This document shows, in pieces, positions 19,186 to 27,748 of a DNA stretch of 64,000 nt (the stretch's first letter is position 1; each line of letters starts with the position of its first letter). A model generated the notes under the pieces. That model did not search any database. It was not told where the DNA came from and worked only from the letters and a program-made list of their open reading frames with translations. The position numbers and the translations under genes were made by a program. This stretch comes from Bacteroidales bacterium (lineage in GTDB: Bacteria > Bacteroidota > Bacteroidia > Bacteroidales > VadinHA17): contig DAIOVL010000001.1 in assembly GCA_036759025.1 (NCBI GenBank), positions 189,807 through 253,806 on the forward strand. The letters are read 5' to 3'.

Positions 19186-20456
19186 TTTTCCAGACGCTCT
19201 CGTGAACTCCACAATCCTATGGCGGGATTTGAAATATAATAGATATCCTCACCGTCGGGCATGGTGTTGAAGCCATCCCTGAGTTTTTCCGGGTTGTATC
19301 TTGCCGTCATCTCAGATAGGTCTCCGTAGATGAAGTTAACAGATTCTATTTCCTCTCTGGTGAGATGCCCGGGGCAGTAGGTAATTGAAAACCTGCCTTC
19401 AGAACTGCCGTGAATAAGATGGGCTGCAGCGCTAAGGTTCTCCTCCAGTTCTTTATTTCCCCTTAGTGCAGCCATTGTTGCAGGTGTTCCCCTGTATCCG
19501 TATTTCCGTATAAGCCTGTCTATCTCCTTATCTTCTCCAAATTCCTTAAGGCCCGGAGCTATTACTATCAATTCCCCGTTATCAGCCATGGCCATTCTGG
19601 TCCGGTATATACTTTTATTGCCAAGCCAGGTTGACTTGAATTCAGAAGGATCGAGGTAAACGACAGCTTTCTTCAAAGGTTCTTCGAGAACCGTGAAGTT
19701 GACTTTCAGGGAAAGATCGGCAGCCAGGTTGAATACATTTTCATCATCACCGATATAAAGGCCCCTGATCACAAGTTTGCCTGAATTGTCACGGCCTATA
19801 ACCGTGTGGACGTACACTACAGGCAGATGAGGAATAAAATTCTTTGAAGCATAGTTCAGAAGTCTTCTCACAGGTGTGTCTGCCTTGCCCATCATCCTTT
19901 CCATTCCGAAAACAGCACCCACAAAATGACTTTTATTGATACCTTCCGGTCCTCCGGTTCCGACGAAAAGGTTCTTGTTATAATTTGCCATGCCGATAAC
20001 CTCATGAGGCACCACCTGTCCGACTGATAGTATAAGATCATGTCCGCCGTTGATTACCAGTCTGTTCAGCTGCGCAGGCCATGAATAGTCTATGGCTCCT
20101 CCGGTAACTTCATGAACGTATTCTCCTGGTATTGTGCCTACTGTCACAACATCATTCCTCCAGTCATGGACCCTGAACAATTCGGGCGGCACATCCCTGT
20201 ACATCTCACCGATCTCGCCGGCTGTCATTGCCACATGAGTTCCCAATGCAGGAAGTATGTCCTTAAGGCTTTCCCTGTAATATTTGTATATCAGGGTTGT
20301 AATCTCACCCGCCCGTGAATGAAACCTCGTAAAATCAGGGGGCACAACCAGGACATTTTTCCTGGGTCCCAGCTTTTCGAGAGCCGAATAAAGCCCCTGT
20401 TGAAGATCTTCCGGACTTATAACCGTATCTGGTGAACCAGCGGAAAAATATATCAT
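19182..20456 (-). CDS. gntE: LarA (lactate racemase) superfamily protein, probable D-mannonate/D-gluconate 2-epimerase
   Basis: PPDFTR, ALGTH, VVPHEV.G.ANY.K, INKSH LarA-type motifs; sits between uxuB and gnd. Confidence 0.75.
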   Translation of the reverse strand: MIYFSAGSPDTVISPEDLQQGLYSALEKLGPRKNVLVVPPDFTRFHSRAGEITTLIYKYYRESLKDILPALGTHVAMTAGEIGEMYRDVPPELFRVHDWRNDVVTVGTIPGEYVHEVTGGAIDYSWPAQLNRLVINGGHDLILSVGQVVPHEVIGMANYNKNLFVGTGGPEGINKSHFVGAVFGMERMMGKADTPVRRLLNYASKNFIPHLPVVYVHTVIGRDNSGKLVIRGLYIGDDENVFNLAADLSLKVNFTVLEEPLKKAVVYLDPSEFKSTWLGNKSIYRTRMAMADNGELIVIAPGLKEFGEDKEIDRLIRKYGYRGTPATMAALRGNKELEENLSAAAHLIHGSSEGRFSITYCPGHLTREEIESVNFIYGDLSEMTARYNPEKLRDGFNTMPDGEDIYYISNPAIGLWSSRERLEK

Positions 20457-20493
20457 TTCAAATCAGGATTTAATATTGTTTTATTCCATCGTC

Positions 20494-20537
20494 AGGTTGA
20501 GGATTGACTGTCAAAATCAGGTTCAACCTTTCAACCT
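20494..20537. repeat. Inverted repeat AGGTTGA/TCAACCT with tandem TTCAACCT x2 in the uxuB-gntE spacer
   Basis: AGGTTGA at 20494-20500; TTCAACCT TTCAACCT at 20522-20537. Confidence 0.5.
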
Positions 20538-20543
20538 TTCTCC

Positions 20544-21380
20544 CTACACCCCGCTGTAGGCACTGAATCCTCCGTCGACAGGTATTATTACTCCTGTAAC
20601 GGCTTTAGAGAGGTCGGATGCCAGGTAAAGCAACGTTCCGGTCATTTCCTCAGGTATGCAGTAACGTTCCATGGGGGTTCCGTTTATTATTTTCTTACCC
20701 CTGGGCGTCATTTCTCCTGTCTCTTCATTGATAAGGAGGAAACGGTTCTGGTTTGTAAGCAGGAAACCGGGAGCTATGGCATTTACTCTGATACCCACTT
20801 TGGCAAAATGAACTGCAAGCCATTGTGTAAAATTGTTGACAGCAGATTTGGCTGCTGAATAAGCAGGAATCTTGGTAAGGGGCCTGTATGAATTCATAGA
20901 GGAAATGTTGATTATTGCACCTGACTTTTTATCTGTCATATCAGTTGCAAAAACCATTGAAGGAAGAAGAGTCCCTTTGAAATTCAGGTCGAAAACCTTA
21001 TCAAAGCCTTCTATTTTTAGTCCGAAGAAGGTGTCCTCAGGATTTTCGTTCCCCTCCATCTTTTCAACCTTTGTTGTTGCCGCGGGAGAGTTGCCTCCGG
21101 CACCATTGACGAGGATGTCGATCGTGCCAAGCCTTTCATGAATTTGTTTTAAGGCAGATTCAAGAGAGGCCTTATCCAGAACACTGGCGGAAACCCCAAT
21201 GGATTTAGTTTTGAATTCTTCCTCTATCCCGGCAGCTACTTTATCGGCAGCTTCCTGGTTAAGATCCAGAATCACCGTCCTGACTCCGGCAGCCGCCAGC
21301 GATCTGGCCATTGTGGAACATATAACACCAGCTCCTCCGGTCACGACGGCTATTTTGTCCTTAAGATTCAGTTCATTCAT
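20544..21380 (-). CDS. uxuB: SDR D-mannonate oxidoreductase / fructuronate reductase
   Basis: TGGAGVIC, NGAGGNSP.ATT, YSAAK, NFTQWLAVH, NAIAPGF; follows uxaC. Confidence 0.85.
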   Translation of the reverse strand: MNELNLKDKIAVVTGGAGVICSTMARSLAAAGVRTVILDLNQEAADKVAAGIEEEFKTKSIGVSASVLDKASLESALKQIHERLGTIDILVNGAGGNSPAATTKVEKMEGNENPEDTFFGLKIEGFDKVFDLNFKGTLLPSMVFATDMTDKKSGAIINISSMNSYRPLTKIPAYSAAKSAVNNFTQWLAVHFAKVGIRVNAIAPGFLLTNQNRFLLINEETGEMTPRGKKIINGTPMERYCIPEEMTGTLLYLASDLSKAVTGVIIPVDGGFSAYSGV

Positions 21381-21401
21381 AATCTCAGAATTAAATTATA
21401 T

Positions 21402-22799
21402 TTAGAAACCAAATTGTTCTTTCGCATTCTTGTATGATATACCTTCTATTATAGGTCGGAGAAGTTCCTCCTCTTCAGGTATAAGACCTTTTTCGACTTC
21501 GGTACCCACGAAATTGCATACTATCCGCCTGAAATATTCGTGCCGCGGATAGGAGAGGAAGCTTCTAGAGTCGGTTACCATACCGATGAATCTTCTCATC
21601 AGACCGAATGAAGACAGATCGCGGATATGTTTTTCCATACCGGTTTTCTGATCAAGGAACCACCATGCAGCACCATACTGGACTTTAACCGGGATAGTTC
21701 CGTCGTTGAAATTACCTGCCATCGTTAGCATCATTTCATTGTCGGCGGGATTGAGGTTATACAGAATTGTACGTGCAAGCTGGTCTGTTTCATCCAGGCT
21801 GCTGAGAAACCTCGACATTTTAAGAGCATCCTGCGGCACGCCAATGGAGTCCCACCCGGTATCGGGTCCCATTTTTCTGAACATGCGGAGGCTGTTGTTT
21901 CTCATGGCTCCGACATGGAACTGCTGGGTCCACCCTCTCTTGTGGTTCATCCTGCAGAGTTCTGTCATAACTGCTGTCCTGTATTTTTCGGTTTCTTCTT
22001 CCGACAGCGTTTCTCCCTTTAAAAGCTTTATGAATGCATTTTCAGCATCGGCAGTGGTGAACGGAGCGTAATAGAAACGATCAAGACCATGATCGGACGC
22101 TTTTGTCCCCATCCCGTTAAAAAATTCATGCCTGTGGTCGAGCACTTCTATAAGGGTGGAGAAGCTTTTTATTTCTGTACCGGCCGATTCTCCCAGTTTT
22201 TTAATGTAGGCATTGAATTTTGCAGGGTCATCAGTCTTGACAACATTGTCGGGCCTCCAGGTAGGGAGGATAAGAATACTGAAGTTACCCTTTAATTTCT
22301 GGTGGTATTCGAGGGTGTCGGCAGGGTCGTCGGTGGTACAGACCACCTCAACATTCATTCTGCTGAGCAGAGATCTTATTGCAAAATCATCTGTACGCAG
22401 CATTTCACTGGCTTTAGTGTAAATGGCTGAAGCTGTCGATGGTGAAAGAAGCTCGTTAATATTAAAATACCTTGCCAGTTCAAGGTGGGTCCAGTGATAC
22501 AGGGGATTGCCCACAGCAAAAGGAACTGTTTCAGCCCATTTTGCAAACTTCTCAGGGTCGGAGGCGTTGCCCGTGCAGTATTTCTCATCAACACCATTGG
22601 TCCTCATGGCTCTCCATTTGTAGTGATCGCCTTCAAGCCATGCCTGTGTCAGGTTTTCAAACCTGCGGTTTTCATATATCATCGAAGGTGACAGGTGACA
22701 ATGAAAATCAATTATCGGTTGATTTTCTGCATATTGATGATAAAGTCTTTGTGCTGTTTTATTCTCCAGCATAAAATCATCATGAATGAAAGGTTTCAT
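21402..22799 (-). CDS. uxaC: Uronate isomerase
   Basis: PIIDFHCHL, WLEGDHYKWRAMR, GNPLYHWTHLEL, CTTDDP, GAAWWF.DQ, GMVTDSRSFLSYPRHEYFRR. Confidence 0.97.
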   Translation of the reverse strand: MKPFIHDDFMLENKTAQRLYHQYAENQPIIDFHCHLSPSMIYENRRFENLTQAWLEGDHYKWRAMRTNGVDEKYCTGNASDPEKFAKWAETVPFAVGNPLYHWTHLELARYFNINELLSPSTASAIYTKASEMLRTDDFAIRSLLSRMNVEVVCTTDDPADTLEYHQKLKGNFSILILPTWRPDNVVKTDDPAKFNAYIKKLGESAGTEIKSFSTLIEVLDHRHEFFNGMGTKASDHGLDRFYYAPFTTADAENAFIKLLKGETLSEEETEKYRTAVMTELCRMNHKRGWTQQFHVGAMRNNSLRMFRKMGPDTGWDSIGVPQDALKMSRFLSSLDETDQLARTILYNLNPADNEMMLTMAGNFNDGTIPVKVQYGAAWWFLDQKTGMEKHIRDLSSFGLMRRFIGMVTDSRSFLSYPRHEYFRRIVCNFVGTEVEKGLIPEEEELLRPIIEGISYKNAKEQFGF

Positions 22800-22854
22800 A
22801 TAATTAGTTTTAAATTATTGATTCGGTAATAGACTTCTAAAAATAGAAAAAAAA

Positions 22855-22870
22855 TCGTTAACGATAACGA
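22855..22870. promoter_or_regulatory. Candidate LacI-family operator TCGTTAACGATAACGA
   Basis: 16-bp near-perfect palindrome with central CG in the uxaC/kduI divergent region; a LacI gene is in the operon. Confidence 0.6.
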
Positions 22871-22974
22871 AGTGGCCTTCATTTGAAAAAAATATTTCTT
22901 AAATGTTGTTAATTTCCTCCCGCCATTATGGAAGTGATGTATGGTTTTAATATTGCGTTTACACTCAAAAATTG

Positions 22975-22982
22975 TATTTTTG
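22975..22982 (+). promoter_or_regulatory. -7 promoter element (TATTTTTG) for kduI
   Basis: TAnnTTTG with TTG about 19 bp upstream. Confidence 0.5.
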
Positions 22983-23055
22983 TCTGACATCACCCTTAAA
23001 AGTCTGTATCTGAAATCAGGTTGCCCAGGCAATTATTAACATAAACTATTATATC

Positions 23056-23892
23056 ATGAAAATTGAAATAAGGTACGCAGCACATCCGATGGATGTTAAA
23101 AATTATGACACCGGTAAATTAAGAAAAGAGTTTTTAATCGAGAAAATCTTTGAAGAGGACCAGATCCTGCTTGTTTATTCCATGTACGACAGGTACATCG
23201 TAGGCGGGGCCATGCCCGTGAAGCAGACTCTGAAACTTGAGAGTGCTGACGATCTTAAAATGCCTAACTTCCTCGACAGAAGAGAAATGGGGATCATTAA
23301 TGTCGGAGGCCCTGCAATTGTATCCACCAAAGAAAAAACCTTCAATCTTGGCCATAAGGAGGCTCTATATCTTGGAAAGGGAACGACAGATGTTACATTT
23401 AAATCGGAAGACAGCGGAAATCCGGCAAAGTTATATATCAACTCTGCACCCGCCCACCATACATATCCCTCAAAACAAATAACTCTTAAGGATGCAGAAG
23501 TGATCATGCTTGGAAGCCCGGAAACATCAAATCACCGAAGGCTGAATAAACTTCTTGTAAACAGTATAGTCGAAACCTGCCAGCTGCAGATGGGAATGAC
23601 AGAACTACAGACGGGCAGTGTATGGAACACAATGCCGGTACATACGCATAACAGAAGGATGGAAGCATATTTCTATTTCGAGGTGCCTGAAAAACAGGCT
23701 GTATGTCATTTTATGGGTGATCCCGATGAAACACGCCACCTGTGGATGACAAATGAACAGGCTGTTCTTTCTCCTTCCTGGAGCATTCATAGTGCAGCAG
23801 GAACTTCAAACTACACCTTTATCTGGGGTATGGCCGGAGAAAACCTCGACTATGGCGACATGGATGTCAGGCATCCGGATACGCTGAAGTAA
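23056..23892 (+). CDS. kduI: 5-dehydro-4-deoxy-D-glucuronate isomerase
   Basis: LR.EFLI, FLDRREMG..NVGG, CQLQMG.T.L..GSVWNTMP.HTH.RRME.YFYF, SPSWSIH, WGMAGEN. Confidence 0.97.
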   Translation: MKIEIRYAAHPMDVKNYDTGKLRKEFLIEKIFEEDQILLVYSMYDRYIVGGAMPVKQTLKLESADDLKMPNFLDRREMGIINVGGPAIVSTKEKTFNLGHKEALYLGKGTTDVTFKSEDSGNPAKLYINSAPAHHTYPSKQITLKDAEVIMLGSPETSNHRRLNKLLVNSIVETCQLQMGMTELQTGSVWNTMPVHTHNRRMEAYFYFEVPEKQAVCHFMGDPDETRHLWMTNEQAVLSPSWSIHSAAGTSNYTFIWGMAGENLDYGDMDVRHPDTLK

Positions 23893-24083
23893 TAGTGAAA
23901 CAAACATCAGTGCACAGGAAAATTTCAGGAGGAGGCTGTGCAGGAATCAAAAAGACAAACCGCAAAGAATGCAAAGCAGTAAATGCCATGGCCTGTGATC
24001 TTGAGTATCTTCCTCATTATCATTTCATTCAGCGGATATTAAATGACACATCTTCCTGATAATATAAATATAAAATATTTAAT

Positions 24084-24878
24084 ATGAACAATTTATTTGA
24101 TCTTAAAGGGAAAGTAGCACTAGTTACAGGCGGAACACACGGCATCGGACTCGCAATAGGAATCACTCTCGGCAAAGCCGGCGCAAAAGTATGCGTGAAC
24201 GATATCATGGATGAAAAACTTGACATCTGCAGGGAGGAATTCTCAAAGGAAGGCCTTGATGTTTACACTCTAAAATTCAATGTTACTGATGAGGCGGATG
24301 TTGACAAAAGTATAACTGAGATTGAAAGAAATGTAGGCCCCGTAGATATTCTCATCAATAATGCCGGGATAATAAAACGAATCCCCATTCTGAACATGAG
24401 TATTGATGACTACAAACAGGTTATTGATGTTGATCTGGTGGCACCCCTGATCGTATCCAAACGTGTTGCTCCGGGGATGATAGAAAAAAGAAGCGGAAAG
24501 ATTATTAACATGTGTTCCATGATGAGTGTTTACGGACGGAACACTGTCTCGGCTTACGCATCAGCCAAGGGAGGACTGAAGTTACTCACCGCGAATATGA
24601 CATGTGAATGGGCAAAATACAATATTCAGATCAACGGTATCGGTCCGGGATATATAGCCACATCGCAGACTGCCCCTATTCGTGAGAATGGCCATCCTTT
24701 CAACGACCTTGTGATGACCCGCACCCCGGCCGGACGATGGGGCGAACCTCAGGATGTGGCGAATGCTGCACTATTTCTTGCCTCTGAAGCCAGTAACTTC
24801 GTCAACGGACATATCCTTTACGTCGACGGTGGCATTCTTGCCAACTTCGGCTATGTAAAAGGAGAAAATGACTTATAA
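24084..24878 (+). CDS. kduD: SDR 2-dehydro-3-deoxy-D-gluconate 5-dehydrogenase / gluconate 5-dehydrogenase
   Basis: TGGTHGIG, NNAGIIKR, YASAKGG, NGIGPGY; follows kduI. Confidence 0.82.
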   Translation: MNNLFDLKGKVALVTGGTHGIGLAIGITLGKAGAKVCVNDIMDEKLDICREEFSKEGLDVYTLKFNVTDEADVDKSITEIERNVGPVDILINNAGIIKRIPILNMSIDDYKQVIDVDLVAPLIVSKRVAPGMIEKRSGKIINMCSMMSVYGRNTVSAYASAKGGLKLLTANMTCEWAKYNIQINGIGPGYIATSQTAPIRENGHPFNDLVMTRTPAGRWGEPQDVANAALFLASEASNFVNGHILYVDGGILANFGYVKGENDL

Positions 24879-24907
24879 CCCTTAAACCCTTAAACCTTTA
24901 AACCCTC
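24876..24907 (+). repeat. Tandem repeat TAAACC(C/T)T x4
   Basis: TAACCCT TAAACCCT TAAACCTT TAAAACCCT fills the kduD-kdgK spacer. Confidence 0.75.
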
Positions 24908-24912
24908 TTCCA

Positions 24913-25950
24913 ATGTCAAAAAGAATTGTAACCTTCGGCGAGATCATGCTCCGGCTCGCCACACCACTCCATAAGCGTTTTTCACAGGCTGATTCCTTCT
25001 GCGCTTCCTTTGGAGGAGGAGAAGCCAATGTGGCGGTTTCACTGGCAAACTTCGGAATGGAAGCCGATTTTGTGACACGTCTTCCTGACAATGACCTTGG
25101 AAGATCAGTGATCATGGATCTCAGGAAGCATAATGTCGGAACCGGTCACATCCTGAAAGGAGGTGAGCGTCTGGGTATTTATTTTCTGGAAACCGGTTCT
25201 GTATCGCGTCCCAGTAAGGTTGTCTATGACCGGAGTCATTCGTCAATTTCGGAAATTATGCCCGGAATGGTCGACTGGGAGAAGGTTTTCGAAGGAGCCA
25301 CATGGTTTCACTGGACAGGTATTACACCCGCCATTTCAGAGGGTGCAGCCAAAACATGCCTGGAGGCAATACAAATTGCAAAAAAGAAAGGACTTACCGT
25401 TTCATGCGATCTGAATTACAGGAAGAACCTATGGAAGTGGGGAGCTGCTGCCGGAGACGTTATGCCTGAAATGGTTGAATACTGTGATGTGATCCTTGGA
25501 AATGAGGAAGATGCAGAGAAAGTTTTCGGGATAAAACCTGAAAAGGCAGATGTTTCGGCAGGAAAGGTTGAGAGCGCCGAATTTGAATCGGTATGTATAA
25601 AGCTAAAGGAGAGATTTCCTCAGGCAGGTAAGATAATCATTACACTTCGCGGATCGATCAGCGCCGACCACAATACATGGTCGGGGATATTGTATAACGG
25701 GGAAAAATTCTTCCGGGCACCGGTTTACCAGATAACTCACATAGTAGACAGGGTAGGTGGGGGAGATTCCTTTATGGGAGGACTTATCTACGGATTACTG
25801 GAATATGGGGACGATGACAGGAAAGCACTCGATTTTGCCGTCGCTGCATCGTGTCTCAAGCACACTATCCATGGCGACTTTAATCTCGTTAACGTAGCGG
25901 AGGTTGAGCAACTTATGAAGGGAGATGCCTCAGGAAGAGTAATAAGATAG
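24913..25950 (+). CDS. kdgK: 2-dehydro-3-deoxygluconokinase (PfkB family)
   Basis: TFGEIMLRL, GGGEANVA, DLNYRKNLW, DRVGGGDSF. Confidence 0.92.
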   Translation: MSKRIVTFGEIMLRLATPLHKRFSQADSFCASFGGGEANVAVSLANFGMEADFVTRLPDNDLGRSVIMDLRKHNVGTGHILKGGERLGIYFLETGSVSRPSKVVYDRSHSSISEIMPGMVDWEKVFEGATWFHWTGITPAISEGAAKTCLEAIQIAKKKGLTVSCDLNYRKNLWKWGAAAGDVMPEMVEYCDVILGNEEDAEKVFGIKPEKADVSAGKVESAEFESVCIKLKERFPQAGKIIITLRGSISADHNTWSGILYNGEKFFRAPVYQITHIVDRVGGGDSFMGGLIYGLLEYGDDDRKALDFAVAASCLKHTIHGDFNLVNVAEVEQLMKGDASGRVIR

Positions 25951-25972
25951 AAAGAATTTCAACAGCTCTCTG

Positions 25973-26911
25973 TTAATTTGCAGGGTTCTCACGATCGGGG
26001 TTATCAGGATGATCTTCACTGTATGGTCTTGCGTAGAGATCTTCAACCCTTACCTTCCCCTCATCAGCTTCCGGGCTTACCCTACTTAGATCTGCTTCTT
26101 CTTCCCTCGCCCTTGCGTTGAAATAAAGGATAGCTGCAAGTATTGGAGTTAATGGCGTAAAGATCGCATTCGCGAGTGCAGACAGGATTATGAACCACGG
26201 ATTTGAGAGGTAGTTCAATGCCCCGGAGGCTTCAGCCGGATCGGATATGATCTTAAAGAAACTTCCTGAAAAGGGTATCAGTATAAGTGATGAAAGGATT
26301 ATCGATCCGACAAGGATGATAAGCAGGATAATGGCAGTATATCCCAGGTTTGGTCCGAAATGCCTGTGCGATAGCGTGAATGTCCTGGCAATGGCTTTAC
26401 CGGGATCATTTCCTTCCACCATTAGTACCGGAAGGAGAAAAAGACCTATCATATAAACATACAGAGCGGCAAAAAACATCCCTATTACGAACACAAGAAT
26501 ACCTGCGACCATGGCAACAGTGGCAAAAACCAGGAACAATATCATTAGAAGCAGGTAGGGGAGGAGGTGCTTCATGGATTTATAAAAAGCAGTAAATAGA
26601 TTCAAATCACTTCTTACCGGCTTGAAGATGATATAATACTGAAGTATCAGTATCATTATCAGTGAAATGGCAATCACTCCCAGCATTGGAAAGATCCAGT
26701 TTTTCAATTCGGCAAGCATCTCGTACGGATCGGTAAGTGATGTAAGCTTCGACATGTCGAGAGTTGAAGTTATAAACTGAATCAACAGGCTGGCCGCTAA
26801 TGACACCAGGAAGAGGACGGCGAAATTCTTGATATAGAATGACCATAAAGAACTCATTGCACTGTCAAGATCATGCTTTCTGTAAAGAGGATGTCCGTTA
26901 AACTGTTCCAT
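25973..26911 (-). CDS. Conserved multi-pass membrane protein of unknown function
   Basis: About 6 hydrophobic segments; acidic C-terminal tail. Confidence 0.75.
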   Translation of the reverse strand: MEQFNGHPLYRKHDLDSAMSSLWSFYIKNFAVLFLVSLAASLLIQFITSTLDMSKLTSLTDPYEMLAELKNWIFPMLGVIAISLIMILILQYYIIFKPVRSDLNLFTAFYKSMKHLLPYLLLMILFLVFATVAMVAGILVFVIGMFFAALYVYMIGLFLLPVLMVEGNDPGKAIARTFTLSHRHFGPNLGYTAIILLIILVGSIILSSLILIPFSGSFFKIISDPAEASGALNYLSNPWFIILSALANAIFTPLTPILAAILYFNARAREEEADLSRVSPEADEGKVRVEDLYARPYSEDHPDNPDRENPAN

Positions 26912-26957
26912 GATATTTATTTATGTTATTTAGCAAAATTATAAAATCTCCCGCTTC

Positions 26958-27560
26958 TCACTTCCCTTTCCTCCAGTCCCTGATTATTGTTGTAAGGGGA
27001 ATAATTTTATTGCGTTTTTTTGGATGAAAAATACCTTCTTTCACATTGCGGACATCTTCAATGGTGTAAAATGCCTTGGGATTGAACTGATTGATTATGT
27101 CGAGAACTTCGGGTATCTCTGTTCTGTGAATTATTGAATAAATTATAAATACTTTTTCCTTTGCTCCGTAGGCTTCGATGGTTGTTGCACCATAACCTTT
27201 CTGATTCAGGTCTTTTACAAGGTCCGGCCCGTTCTGGTAAGTAAATACTCTTATCATCTGAAAACCCATTGCAAGTTTTTCCTCAAGGAGCATCCCTACA
27301 AAGTTACCTGTGGCGAATCCCAGTGCATAGGCAACATAGTTCACGTAATTATCCAGGTTCTGCATTATCTTACTTATGGCAATTATCCAGATAAACACCT
27401 CAAAGAATCCCAGCACCGGTGCGATATATTTGTTGCCTTTTGAGACGAAAATAATCCGTAGGGTCCCAATAGAAACGTCGCAGATACGGGCAAGAAATAT
27501 CAACAGTGGCAGCACTCCGTAACTGAAAATTTCTGAATTGATGAATATAGGTGTTTCCAT
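26958..27560 (-). CDS. DUF2179/UPF0316 membrane protein
   Basis: IFLARICDVSIGTLR, GFFEVFIW, AYALGFATGNFVG, FNPKAFYTIEDVR. Confidence 0.88.
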   Translation of the reverse strand: METPIFINSEIFSYGVLPLLIFLARICDVSIGTLRIIFVSKGNKYIAPVLGFFEVFIWIIAISKIMQNLDNYVNYVAYALGFATGNFVGMLLEEKLAMGFQMIRVFTYQNGPDLVKDLNQKGYGATTIEAYGAKEKVFIIYSIIHRTEIPEVLDIINQFNPKAFYTIEDVRNVKEGIFHPKKRNKIIPLTTIIRDWRKGK

Positions 27561-27583
27561 TAATACAGTGGTTTGCTACATCA

Positions 27584-27591
27584 CAAATATA
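27584..27591 (-). promoter_or_regulatory. -7 promoter element (TATATTTG) for the DUF2179 gene
   Basis: CAAATATA on + strand, 24 bp upstream of start. Confidence 0.5.
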
Positions 27592-27748
27592 TGAAGAAAG
27601 GCTTTGGTGAACAAAGACAATTTTTAACAGGACAGTTATCTGATATTATAGGATTTAATACTGAATTATCAATTTTAATCCACAATTTGGTATTTTTAAA
27701 TTTTTTCACTATCTTTTAAAGATATACATCCTTTAAAATACTTTAGTC

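Noticed and set aside
23924-24016. Minus-strand 30-aa ORF (MRKILKITG...DSCTASS) resembling a lipoprotein leader remnant
   Set aside because: No continuation or supporting context; overlaps the equally weak plus-strand small ORF
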